From an uncultured bacterium (lineage in GTDB: Bacteria; Patescibacteriota; Minisyncoccia; Phycocordibacterales; PALSA-1337), in the NCBI GenBank assembly GCA_963701025.1, contig OY969557.1, forward strand, positions 801,953 through 865,952: 64,000 bases of DNA. The letters are read 5' to 3'. Both the position numbers and the translations under genes were made by a program. Positions 49,736 to 60,897 of this stretch are shown here, in pieces. The notes beneath the pieces were generated by a model. That model saw only the letters and a program-made list of their open reading frames with translations. It was not told where the DNA came from and searched no databases. Every line of letters begins with the position of its first letter. Within the stretch, counting starts at the first letter, position 1.

Positions 49736-50785
49736 ATGAAGATACAAGAAAACATATCGCTGGCCCAATACACGACATTCAAGATCGGGGGACCCGCCCG
49801 CTTTTTTTGTTCGGTGACTTCGAAAGAGGAAGTGCGCCAAGCCGTCTCGTTCGCCAAGAAAAGAGGTTTGCCTTTCTTCGTTTTAGGCGGCGGTTCTAAT
49901 ATCCTTGTCTCCGACAATGGATTCCCCGGCTTGGTCATAAAAGTAGAGATCATGGGAATAAGGGAGGAAGGAATAGAGAATAAAGGGGAAAGAAAAGAGG
50001 ATGTCGACGAGCACGTTCTCATTTCCGTTGGGGCAGGCGAGATGTGGGATTCATTCGTCGAATATACGGTCTCGCGCGGCCTGTCCGGCCTTGAGAATCT
50101 TTCCGCCATACCGGGCAGTGTCGGGGCGGCTCCCATACAGAATATCGGCGCTTACGGAGCTGAAGCCCGGCAGTTTATATCATCAGTCCGCGCTTTTGAC
50201 GCGAGAAGGATGGCCTTTGTCGAATTATCGAACAAAGAGTGTGAGTTCGCCTACCGCGACAGCATGTTCAAGCGAAAGAAGGGCAGATACATCGTCACTA
50301 GGGTAGATTTCAGATTGAAGAAGGGCGGTCCGGTGAACATAGTATACAATGATCTGCGGGATCATTTCGCCTCGAGAGGCATAGCCGTTCCGACGCCGGA
50401 CGAAGTCCGCCGGGCAGTCATCGACATACGCTGGAGCAAGTTGCCGGACTGGAAGCTCTGGGGCACCGCGGGATCATTCTTCAAGAATCCGGTCGTTTCC
50501 GCCCGCAAGTACGCGTCGCTCAAGAAGAGATATCCGGGCCTGCCCGGCTTTCCCGAGCCGCGAGGCAAAGTCAAAATACCTTTAGGCTGGATACTGGATA
50601 ATGTCTGTCACGCCAGAGGCATGCGCAAAGGCGGCGTCGGCACATATGAAAAGCAAGCGTTAGTTTTCGTCGCCCGGCCCGGCGCCGCCTCTGCTGAGGT
50701 CGTCGAACTGGCGCAAGAGCTCATGAAAAAAGTCAAAGACGCTACCGGCATCACCATCGAAGGCGAAGTGGAGTGGGTCAATTAG
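49736..50785 (+). CDS. murB: UDP-N-acetylenolpyruvoylglucosamine reductase
   Basis: FAD-binding FFVLGGGSNIL and the MurB C-terminal domain. Confidence 0.7.
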   Translation: MKIQENISLAQYTTFKIGGPARFFCSVTSKEEVRQAVSFAKKRGLPFFVLGGGSNILVSDNGFPGLVIKVEIMGIREEGIENKGERKEDVDEHVLISVGAGEMWDSFVEYTVSRGLSGLENLSAIPGSVGAAPIQNIGAYGAEARQFISSVRAFDARRMAFVELSNKECEFAYRDSMFKRKKGRYIVTRVDFRLKKGGPVNIVYNDLRDHFASRGIAVPTPDEVRRAVIDIRWSKLPDWKLWGTAGSFFKNPVVSARKYASLKKRYPGLPGFPEPRGKVKIPLGWILDNVCHARGMRKGGVGTYEKQALVFVARPGAASAEVVELAQELMKKVKDATGITIEGEVEWVN

Positions 50786-50836
50786 CCTTGTTACAAGTTT
50801 TTTTATCGCTCAAAATATGCTAAAGTGGCCATTATC

Positions 50837-53497
50837 ATGTCCATTTTCGGCAAATTATTCGGCAATAGCAACCATACCTCGAGCGTCAAGGCGTTCGAGC
50901 CAGTAGTTGCACAAATCAATGCTCTTGAAGATGCCACCAAGGCGCTATCTGATGAAGAGTTGAAAGGTAAAACAGTCGAATTCAGATCTAAACTCGCCGG
51001 CAAAACTGGTGCTGAAGAGAAGTCGGCGCTCGACGAGATCCTTCCCGAAGCTTTCGCCGTCGTCCGTGAGGCGGCGCGACGCACGCTCGGCCAAAGGCAT
51101 TTCGACGTACAATTAATCGGTGGAATGGTCTTGAATTCAGGTGCTATCGCGGAGATGAGGACCGGCGAAGGAAAGACGCTCGTGGCCACCCTGCCGCGTA
51201 TTTGAATGCTCTTACCGGCAAAGGCGTCCATGTCGTCACGGTCAACGACTATCTCTCCCGCCGCGACGCGGCATGGATGGGCCAGATATACGATGCGCTC
51301 GGTTTGTCCGTAGCCGTGATCAATCACGAATCTTCTTTCATGTACGATCCGAAGCATCAGAACAAGGAGCAGGGAACAGGCAGTAAGGAGGGAATCGCAA
51401 CAGATCCTCTTGATAAAGAGCGCGACCAGCTCGGCTCGTTCAAGGTCGTCCATGAATTCCTCCGGCCGATTTCGCGCCGCGAAGCATACGCCGCCGACAT
51501 CACCTACGGCACGAACAATGAATTCGGCTTCGACTATCTGCGCGACAACCTGGAATATAATCCGGCCGATCTGCGCCAGCGCGAGCCGCACTACGCCATC
51601 GTGGACGAGATCGACTCGATTCTCATCGACGAAGCGCGCACGCCCGCTTATCATTTCCGCGCCGACCCGCGATGCGGAGAGCGTCTATAAGCAGTTCGCT
51701 TCGCTGTCGTCTTCTTTCAAAGACAAGACGAAGACTACACCGTCGATGAAAAGCACGAAACGCCATCTCGCTCACGCCCGCCGGCATCGACCAAGGCCGA
51801 GAAGGCTCTGGGCATCGACAATATATACACCGACGCCGGCATCAAGTCCGTCCATCACTTGGAGACCGCCGTCAAGGCCAAGGCGCTCTATCACAGAGAC
51901 AAGGAATACGTGGTCAAGACAATGAAGTCGTCATCGTGGACGAATTCACCGGCCGTCTCCAGCCCGGCCGGCGCTGGTCCGAAGGCTTGCATCAGGCCAT
52001 CGAAGCCAAGGAAGGCGTGACCATCCAGCAGGAATCGCGCACCTACGCCTCCATCACTTTCCAGAATTTCTTCCGCATGTATCCGAAGCTCTCCGGCATG
52101 ACCGGCACGGCCGCCACCTCCAGCGAGGAATTCTACAAAGTCTACGGCCTGGACGTCTATCGCGTGCCGACGAACGTGCCCGGCGTGCGCAAAGACTAGC
52201 AATGACCAGATCTTCCGGACCGAGACCGGCAAATTCAAGGCCATCGCCCGCAAGGTCAAGGAGCTCCATGACAAAGGGCCAGCCGGTCCTCGATCGGCAC
52301 GGTCTCGATCGAGAAGAATGAGCTCCTGTCGCAATTCCTGAAAGGCGAGGGCATACCGCACGACGATCTTGAACGCCAAGAATACACCGAGCGCGAAGGC
52401 GAGATCATCGCCCAAGCCGGCAGGCCCGGCGCCGTGACCATAGCCACGAACATGGCCGGCCGCGGCGTGGACGTCAAGCTCGGCGGCAACCCGAGCACGT
52501 CGGAGGCATATCGAAGAAGTCAAAAGCTACGGGCGGACTGTTCGTCCTCGGCACCGAGCGCCACGAAGCCCGGCGCATCGACAACCAGCTGCGCGGCCGC
52601 TCCGGCCGCCAGGGCGATCCCGGCGAGACGCAGTTTTTCGTCTCCCTGGAAGATACCCTCATGCGCGTCTTCGCCTCGGACACCATGAAGTCCATGATGG
52701 GCAAGCTCGGCATGGCCGAAGACGAAGCCATCGAGCATCGCATGATATCCCGTGCCCTCGAGAGCGCCCAGGAGAAGATCGAGGGCTTCAATTTCGACGC
52801 CCGCAAGCACGTCCTCGAGTTCGACGATGTCATCAATACCCAGCGTCGGAGCGTCTATGGCAGACGCCGCAAGTTATTGCTTGGCTCTATCGACGACGTG
52901 GAGAGAGAGTTGAATGATGTCGTCGGCGAGGATGCTCCGGCTGGCGCGCCGGATGGCAGCGCTTCGAATGAAGTCGCCGCCTTCAAAAAGATAGTCGCCG
53001 CGAAGATAGCTGACTTCGGCCGCGAAGCATTCCTGAACGCCGTGAGGATCATTTTATTGCAGACCATAGATATGTACTGGGTTGAGCACCTCGAAGTCAT
53101 GGACTATACCCGTTCAAGCGTCAATCTTCGCGCTTACGGCCAGCGCGATCCGTTGGTAGAGTACAAGAAGGAAGGTCTGCGGCTATTCAAAGAGATGGAA
53201 GCCGCCATGCGCGGTCAGGTCATGAGGATAGTGCCGAACATCACGCCGATGGTCAATGGTCAGCCGGTTGCGTCAAGAAATCAAGCTGGCGAAACGGGCC
53301 GATTGAAAGAAGTCCATGAGAATGCGCGCGTGATCGGCGCCGGCGACGGTTCGGCCGGGGGGCAGCCGGCCGTTGGAGTTGGTAAAAAGTCGGAAGTTGG
53401 CAGGAACGACCCGTGCCCGTGCGGCTCGGGAAAGAAGTGGAAAAACTGCGGGTTGAAGAATACGGAGGAGCATCAGCGGCTCATGTCTGGAAGATAA
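50837..53497 (+). pseudogene. secA: Preprotein translocase SecA; the reading frame is broken by roughly 8-10 single-base indels between 51190 and 52540
   Basis: SecA segments are found in six listed ORFs (50825, 51202, 51410, 51936, 52434, 52661) plus unlisted frames. Examples: MSIFGKLFG and LVATLPRI|[18 protein letters not shown] in the first two, and the C-terminal CPCGSGKKWKNCG in the last. Each junction is repairable by one G or C indel. Confidence 0.7.
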
Positions 53498-53873
53498 GCC
53501 TGTTCAGGTCGGTCTCTTTGAAGTCAGTCAGAGTTTTGGCGATGACTTCCCAATATTTCTCAAGCTCACTGAGATGTTCTTTGCCCTTGTCGGTCAGGCA
53601 ATAATATTTCCGTGCCTTGCCAATATCAGATTGCTCGAAACCACTGATCACGAGGCCTTCTTTACGGATCTTTGATAACAGGGGATAAAGTGCTTCTTCT
53701 TTAGTGATGAATTCTGTTTTTGCCAATGTCTCATAGATTTCTTTTATAGAAAAAGTCGGATCCGCAGATCCTATGATGATGAGCACAGCAAATTCCAATA
53801 GACCCCTGCGCATCTGCACGGTCTTTCTCAAGGTCAGGAAATGTGTTGTATGTGAAGTGCTCATGAGTGACAT
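53481..53873 (-). CDS. PadR-family transcriptional regulator
   Basis: Winged-HTH PadR pattern (GLLEFAVL...YPLLSKIRKEGLV). Confidence 0.6.
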   Translation of the reverse strand: MSLMSTSHTTHFLTLRKTVQMRRGLLEFAVLIIIGSADPTFSIKEIYETLAKTEFITKEEALYPLLSKIRKEGLVISGFEQSDIGKARKYYCLTDKGKEHLSELEKYWEVIAKTLTDFKETDLNRLIFQT

Positions 53874-54039
53874 AGTATACCTCTTTCGGGGAAGGTGATT
53901 TTTGACCTAGCCATGACTAGGGGGAAATTTGGGGTATGGCAAGCAACACCTCTTTCCCCACTACGCTACGAATGCACGCACTCATTTTTATTGTATAATT
54001 ACCCTCTATTAAGCTAAAGATTAAGCTCGGATCAACGAT

Positions 54040-54246
54040 ATGCTCAAACTCGGCAAATACAAGCATTATAAAGGTCACTCATATGAAGTGATCGGCGTGG
54101 CGAAGCATAGCGAAACTCTCGAAGAGATGGTCGTATACAAGGCGCTGTACGGTGAGCATGATACCTGGGTAAGGCCGCTGAAGATGTTTACTGAAGAGGT
54201 CACGGTCGATGGCAAGAAAGTGCCGAGGTTTGAATATGAAGCCTAA
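54040..54246 (+). CDS. DUF1653-like small protein
   Basis: [11 protein letters not shown] motif. Confidence 0.45.
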   Translation: MLKLGKYKHYKGHSYEVIGVAKHSETLEEMVVYKALYGEHDTWVRPLKMFTEEVTVDGKKVPRFEYEA

Positions 54247-54308
54247 ACAAAAAGAGAACCTGTTCAAAAGTTGAGTAAACAACAGATTTAGCATATGATG
54301 AGCCGACT

Positions 54309-55283
54309 ATGGCCCTCATCGACGAGATAAAATTCCACGCCAAAGCGGGCGACGGCGGCCCGGGCGTGGTGCGCTGGCGGCACGAGCGCGGCAAGGAATT
54401 CGCCGGGGCGGCGGGCGGCAATGCCGGCGCCGGCGGCGACGTGTACGTGCGGGCCGTGCGCGACATCAACATATTGGCTCGGCACAAAGCCGTAAAGGAA
54501 TTCAGAGCAGAGAACGGCAAGGCGGGAGAGAATTGGAGCAAGCATGGCAAGACCGGCACTGACCTTTACATAGACTTGCCGATCGGCTCGCTCGTGACCA
54601 ATGCGGCCTCCGGCCGCGTCGTCGAGCTAGTCAAAGACGGCCAGATATCCAAAATCCTCCACGGCGGCAGAGGCGGCCTCGGCAACGAACATTTCAAGGC
54701 CTCGACCAATGTCAAGCCTGAACAATCGACGGAAGGTATGGAAGGAGAGGAAGCTGATTTCACCGTCGAACTCAATCTGATCGCCGACGCCGGTCTCATC
54801 GGCTTGCCCAATGCCGGCAAATCCAGTCTCTTGAACGCCCTCACTCGCGCCAACGCCAAGGTTGCCAGCTACGCTTTCACTACACTTGATCCGAACCTCG
54901 GTGCTCTCGCCGGCGGGTATATCCTGGCCGACATTCCCGGTCTCATTGATGGTGCCGCGCAAGGAAAAGGCCTCGGCTATAAATTCCTCAAGCATGTAAA
55001 GCGGACGAAGATGCTCCTGCACCTGGTCTCATTGGAGAATGAAGATATCGCCGCCGCGTATTCTTCCGTCCGCGGCGAGCTCGAGAAATACGGCAATGGC
55101 CTGCCGGAAAAGGAAGAGGTCATCGTGCTTTCGAAGACCGACCTTGCCGACGCGAAACGGGTTAGCGCCGCCCGCAAAGTCTTGAAGAGATACGGCCGCG
55201 ATATCCTGGAGGTCTCGGTCCTCGACGACGCTTCGGTCAAGAAGGCCGGCGACGATATTTCGCGACTATTGCGCAAGCTCTAG
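54309..55283 (+). CDS. obg: GTPase Obg
   Basis: Gly-rich N-terminal Obg fold followed by GLPNAGKSS, DIPGLI and SKTD G-motifs. Confidence 0.8.
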   Translation: MALIDEIKFHAKAGDGGPGVVRWRHERGKEFAGAAGGNAGAGGDVYVRAVRDINILARHKAVKEFRAENGKAGENWSKHGKTGTDLYIDLPIGSLVTNAASGRVVELVKDGQISKILHGGRGGLGNEHFKASTNVKPEQSTEGMEGEEADFTVELNLIADAGLIGLPNAGKSSLLNALTRANAKVASYAFTTLDPNLGALAGGYILADIPGLIDGAAQGKGLGYKFLKHVKRTKMLLHLVSLENEDIAAAYSSVRGELEKYGNGLPEKEEVIVLSKTDLADAKRVSAARKVLKRYGRDILEVSVLDDASVKKAGDDISRLLRKL

Positions 55284-55402
55284 ACATATGCTATCCTCTC
55301 CACCGTGTACGTTTCTCGTCACGTACGCGTTAGCAATTTTAATGAACGAGAGCTCCGCTAGCGCGTTACGCATAGTGATTCGTTGCGGGTAATACAAAGA
55401 AA

Positions 55403-55654
55403 ATGTCAAAGAGACTTTTCGTAGGCAGCATTGCCTGGGGCACGACCGACGCCACCCTGAAGACACACTTCGAACAGGCCGGTCAGGTTGAGTCAGCCGC
55501 CGTTATCATCGACAAGATGTCGGGCCGCTCCAAGGGCTTCGGCTTCGTGGAGATGGCGAATGACGCCGACGCGCAGACCGCGATCGACAAGCTCAATGGT
55601 TCGGATCTCGATGGTCGCAAGATCGTCGTCTCCGAGGCCCGACCGAAGCAGTAA
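55403..55654 (+). CDS. RRM-type RNA-binding protein
   Basis: RNP-2 LFVGSI and RNP-1 KGFGFVEM. Confidence 0.75.
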   Translation: MSKRLFVGSIAWGTTDATLKTHFEQAGQVESAAVIIDKMSGRSKGFGFVEMANDADAQTAIDKLNGSDLDGRKIVVSEARPKQ

Positions 55655-55679
55655 TACTGTCACGGCCCGCTTACGCAGA

Positions 55680-55700
55680 AACGCCCCATACGGGGCGTTT
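55680..55700 (+). terminator. Rho-independent terminator after the RRM gene
   Basis: AACGCCCC-atac-GGGGCGTT followed by a T-rich tail. Confidence 0.5.
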
Positions 55701-55720
55701 CTGTCGTCACATTTCCGTTC

Positions 55721-56421
55721 CTAATTGATATTTCTCCACCACTCCGATACGGGCGCCTTCTTTATGATCTCCATGGCGCGATCGATGGAATCGGTGATCT
55801 CGAATATCTTCATGTCACGGGCGTCTATGGCCGCGTAGGTTTCGAGCATGTTCTTTTCCATGAAAGCTTTCAGAGGGTTCCAGTAACGCGAATCCATCAG
55901 GATGATCGGCACGCGCGGGATCTTGCCCGTCTGGATGAGGGTGAGGATGCTGAAGAGCTCGTCAAAAGTTCCGAAACCGCCGGGAAAGAAGACGTACGCC
56001 TCCGCCGCGAAAGTAAGCATGGTCTTCCGTGAAAAGAAATAAGCGAACTTGAGTGAATGGGTGACATAGGCGTTCGTGGTGTGCTCGTGCGGCAAGCTGA
56101 TGTTGAGGCCGAGGGAGACGCCGCCCGCGTCGTATGCGCCTTTGTTAGCTGCCTCCATGGTGCCCGGTCCGCCGCCGGTCACCACGGCATAGCCGAGATC
56201 GCGGACGACTCTCTGGCCTAGCTCGTAAGCTTTGGCATAGGCGGCTCCGTCCCGAGGGGCGAGCGACGAGCCGAAGACGCTGACCGACTTCGGATATTTC
56301 GCCAGAAAATCGAATCCCTCTGCGAACTCCCGGCTGATGCGATCGAGATGTTCTCCGACTTCCCGCGCGTGGATGTCGGATCGGATGAGAGGGCCGATGT
56401 CGTTCTTCTTTTGGGAATTCA
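55721..56421 (-). CDS. LOG-family protein (cytokinin riboside 5'-monophosphate phosphoribohydrolase-like)
   Basis: TGGGPGTMEA and PGGFGTFDEL. The ORF-track start at 56680 was rejected for the internal Met at 56421. Confidence 0.7.
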
Positions 56422-56449
56422 TGCCGATAGTGTAACACACGAAGTATGA

Positions 56450-57727
<1,278 letters not shown>

Positions 57728-57736
57728 TCAGCTTTT

Positions 57737-57997
57737 TCATTTGAGTCGTGCGATATTTCTGTCCACATAGTCGAGTTTCCTGTCGTACATCCATAGGTAT
57801 CTTTTTCCGGAAAGGACTTTCCGCGTGAGACCTCGTTTTTCGAATTTCCTCAGAATATATAGGGCGGTTGATCGAGGAAGTTTTGCTTGACTGGCGATCG
57901 CTGAAACGCTTCTGGCCATTTTAAGGCGCAGAAGGACGTCAAGAAAGGCACTCTCTTTTGGTGACAGATCCAATATATTTCGTAGAGGTGGAAGCAT
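57737..57997 (-). CDS. Small winged-helix transcriptional regulator
   Basis: 86-aa HTH pattern (LPRSTALYILRKFEKRGLTRK). Confidence 0.45.
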   Translation of the reverse strand: MLPPLRNILDLSPKESAFLDVLLRLKMARSVSAIASQAKLPRSTALYILRKFEKRGLTRKVLSGKRYLWMYDRKLDYVDRNIARLK

Positions 57998-57998
57998 T

Positions 57999-58023
57999 GG
58001 GGGGAGGGGGGAGAGAGAGGAGA
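57999..58023. repeat. Homopurine tract GGGGGGAGGGGGGGAGAGAGAGGAGAC
   Basis: Seen directly; it encodes the LPPLPP start of the minus-strand regulator. Confidence 0.8.
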
Positions 58024-58044
58024 CATATCATTGTATCACTTCCC

Positions 58045-58089
58045 AAAAGTGACAAGAAAAGTTGCCACTTTTCCCAGGCATAGCAAAGG
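58045..58089. repeat. Palindromic dispersed repeat, copy 3 (intergenic, ~50 bp upstream of the wHTH regulator start)
   Basis: AAAAGTGACAAGAAAAGTTGCCACTTTTC then ccaggcatagcaaagg. Confidence 0.7.
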
Positions 58090-58186
58090 TATGTCGGTCC
58101 TCCGCCAGGCAATATGGATGAGAAAAATACGCCCACAAAAAACCGCACTAGACCCAAGCCAGCCGCCTAGACACTTTCTTATTTGA

Positions 58187-59215
58187 CTAGATCTCCCTCG
58201 GCTTATACTCCTCCGGCGCGCGGCGGAGCCACCATTCCAATTGTTCGAGCGTCAGCAATCCTTCCTGGGCGCCGATGAATTGAGCCACTGACATGGGATT
58301 TACAGGAGCCCAGATCAAAGCCTCTAAAGGGGCTTTGCCCATGGCTAGGGCCGAAACGAAAGTGGACGCCCAAGCGTCGCCGCAGCCTGTGCGTTCGAAG
58401 GCCGGCCGCGGATCGGGATACATGGGTATATGGTATGAGCGCTCGCCGTCAAAGAAATACGCGCCGTCGGTATTGTCGGTGATGGCCACCATCTTAGGCC
58501 CGTAGGCGGCGATCTTCTTCATCATCTCTTTGACGCTACCGGCCCGGCCTACGGCTGGATCCGTATTTTTGCTCGGATCGATCTTCAGTATCCTCTCCGC
58601 CTCCTCGACATTGACCACGAAGAGGTCGGTCCTAGCGTATATTCGCTTCAATTCTTCGAATCCTAATTGCATCTGGAAAGTGCCGGGCTGGAAAGCCAGC
58701 TTGACTTCCGGGTTCCGCTCAAGATAATCGGCTATCATCATGTGATACGGGAATGTATTGGCGGCCAGGGAAGTGAGGTATATCCATTTCGGCGGCGGGA
58801 ACTCGGGCAGGCGATAGTCATAATCGGCATGCTTTACCAATATGGTCCTATCCACGTCATACCACAGGACGAAATGATAATTGGTCGGCTTGTTCTTGTG
58901 TGTCTTGACGAAAGAGGTCACGACTGCGTTCCTCTGCAGTTCCGCCATACAATCTCTGCCGTTCTGGTCGTCGCCGATGTTGGCCACGAGAGCCGTGCGC
59001 AAGCCGAGCCTCGCCCCGGCCACGGCGGCATTGGCCGCATTGCCCACGGCCTTAATCACCTTGACGTATTCAAATGGTATCTTATCGCCGAAAGGCATGC
59101 ATATCTCGCAGTCGCTCATATTGACTTTGCAATGGACATCGGCTTTTTCCAAGCGGATGAAAGCGTCGGTGGTGATATCGCCTATGGCCAGGATGTCAAT
59201 TTGTCTTTTGAGCAT
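58187..59215 (-). CDS. PfkB-family carbohydrate kinase
   Basis: Ribokinase-like fold with C-terminal TGCGDAWASTF (GAGD-type) motif. Confidence 0.65.
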   Translation of the reverse strand: MLKRQIDILAIGDITTDAFIRLEKADVHCKVNMSDCEICMPFGDKIPFEYVKVIKAVGNAANAAVAGARLGLRTALVANIGDDQNGRDCMAELQRNAVVTSFVKTHKNKPTNYHFVLWYDVDRTILVKHADYDYRLPEFPPPKWIYLTSLAANTFPYHMMIADYLERNPEVKLAFQPGTFQMQLGFEELKRIYARTDLFVVNVEEAERILKIDPSKNTDPAVGRAGSVKEMMKKIAAYGPKMVAITDNTDGAYFFDGERSYHIPMYPDPRPAFERTGCGDAWASTFVSALAMGKAPLEALIWAPVNPMSVAQFIGAQEGLLTLEQLEWWLRRAPEEYKPREI

Positions 59216-59615
59216 GAGAATGAGGGTATTGAGAAGGGTAGAGGGTAGAGGGTAGAGGACTAACTTTTAATTTTCTCAGAAGGCCGCATAGCATTTTCTG
59301 GATTTCAGTAGTCAATGACTCTACCTTAGATAAATCAATTTTCGGATAGATCATTTTTGAAATGATTGTCTGGGTCTCCAATTCTGCTGAAGAGCCATCC
59401 GCGATGCTTAGGAATTGAATGTATTCTTTGCGATTCTTCCTCTTATATCCCTCTGCGATATTTGAAGGTATAGACACGGAAGACCTTCTCATCTGGGAAA
59501 CTATGCCGTAAAGCTCAGATTTCGGGAACGATTCAGTTGCCTGGTATACCTCCTTGACCAGTTCAATCGATTTCTGCCAAACTGTTAATTCTTTGAACGA
59601 TTGCATATGTGCCAT
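59196..59615 (-). CDS. Four-helix-bundle protein (23S rRNA intervening-sequence protein family)
   Basis: LTVWQKSIELVKEVYQATESFPKSELYGIVSQMRRSSVSIPSNIAEGY family signature. The C-terminal tail is encoded by the GGGTAGAG repeat. Confidence 0.75.
   Translation of the reverse strand: MAHMQSFKELTVWQKSIELVKEVYQATESFPKSELYGIVSQMRRSSVSIPSNIAEGYKRKNRKEYIQFLSIADGSSAELETQTIISKMIYPKIDLSKVESLTTEIQKMLCGLLRKLKVSPLPSTLYPSQYPHSHAQKTN
59236..59258. repeat. (GGGTAGAG)x3 repeat at the 3' end of the four-helix-bundle gene
   Basis: gggtagagggtagagggtagagg. Encodes PSTLYPSQYP in the minus-strand ORF. Confidence 0.8.
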
Positions 59616-59617
59616 TT

Positions 59618-59645
59618 CTATACCCTATACCCTATACCCTAAAAC
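59618..59645. repeat. (CTATACCC)x3 repeat just upstream of the four-helix-bundle gene start; a near inverted partner of 59236-59258
   Basis: ctataccctataccctataccctaaaac. Confidence 0.75.
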
Positions 59646-59660
59646 AGTTATAATCATATC

Positions 59661-60539
59661 ATGCTCTCTCTCAAGAATCACATAATCGAAGCCCAGAAGA
59701 AAGGAGTTGCCATCGGCCATTTCAATGTCTCCACCCTCGACGGCATCTGGGCCGTGGCCGACGCCGCCCAAACATTGAAAGTTCCGGTCATCATAGGCGT
59801 ATCGGAAGGCGAACGGGACTACGTCGGCGTACGCGAGGCGGTAGCGATCGTGAAGTCCATCCGCGAAGAACGCAATCAACCCATATTCTTGAACGCCGAC
59901 CATACTTATTCTTTCGATAAGGTGAGAGAAGCCATAGACGCCGGATTTGATGCCGTGATCTTTGACGGAGCCCAATTGTCTTTTGATGATAATGTTGCCG
60001 CCACCAAGAAATGCGTCGAGTACGCCCGATCCGTCTCAAAAAAGTCCGGCCGTGACATCTTGGTGGAAGGGGAGTTGGGGTATATAGGAAAATCATCAGA
60101 AGTCATGGCGTCCGTGCCGGCCGGCGTTCAGCTCACCAGCGTGGAAGATGCCGCGAAGTTTGCGAAAGAAACGGGCATAGATATGCTGGCCCCGGCGGTC
60201 GGTAATTTTCACGGACTTCTGGAAGGCGATCGCGAACTCACTCTGGCCGCAAAGAGGATAGATCCGGCGCGCGTTTCGGATATAAGCCAGGCTACCGGCT
60301 TGCCGCTGGTATTGCACGGCGGTTCCGGACAAGGAGATGAATCAGTCATGAAAGCCATCAAAGCCGGCGTGGCCATCGTACATGTGAATACGGAATTGCG
60401 CGTCGCCTACCGTTCCGGCCTGATGAGGTCCCTTTCCGGGAATCCAGATGAGATAGCGCCGTACAAATACCTGAAACCCGCCAAGCTGGCTATGCAGAAG
60501 GTGGTTGAGGAAAAGCTCAAGATTGTCAACAGCCTCTGA
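59661..60539 (+). CDS. fba: Class II fructose/tagatose-bisphosphate aldolase
   Basis: Zinc and substrate ligand pattern HFNVST...NADH..., GELGYIG, LHGGSG. Confidence 0.75.
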   Translation: MLSLKNHIIEAQKKGVAIGHFNVSTLDGIWAVADAAQTLKVPVIIGVSEGERDYVGVREAVAIVKSIREERNQPIFLNADHTYSFDKVREAIDAGFDAVIFDGAQLSFDDNVAATKKCVEYARSVSKKSGRDILVEGELGYIGKSSEVMASVPAGVQLTSVEDAAKFAKETGIDMLAPAVGNFHGLLEGDRELTLAAKRIDPARVSDISQATGLPLVLHGGSGQGDESVMKAIKAGVAIVHVNTELRVAYRSGLMRSLSGNPDEIAPYKYLKPAKLAMQKVVEEKLKIVNSL

Positions 60540-60541
60540 TT

Positions 60542-60805
60542 TTGCGTGATATACTTAATCCCATGTCTGATGTAGAATTCGATACGGATATCCAGGGCAA
60601 TCCGGCATATGGTTCGAGATCCGGATTGAGCCAAAGCCAGATCCCCAGAGGGCAGGGCCAATCCGTCGGTTCCGTGGGCATGGCCCGTTGGCTCATGCGC
60701 CATGGCATTATCGACAGCGAGTCCGGCGCCAAGGCCGTGCTCATCGGCATCGTCTGCGTCAACTTCGTCGCCATGGCGCTCATCCTGTATTTCTTCGTTT
60801 TATAA
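60542..60805 (+). CDS. Small membrane protein
   Basis: C-terminal TM helix. Confidence 0.3.
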   Translation: MRDILNPMSDVEFDTDIQGNPAYGSRSGLSQSQIPRGQGQSVGSVGMARWLMRHGIIDSESGAKAVLIGIVCVNFVAMALILYFFVL

Positions 60806-60897
60806 GCATCAATGTCTATCAATATACATGAAAACATATCACTCGCAGAAATTGCCATGTCGGTCTATATCGTTATTCGTAGCGGTGATCATTTCCA

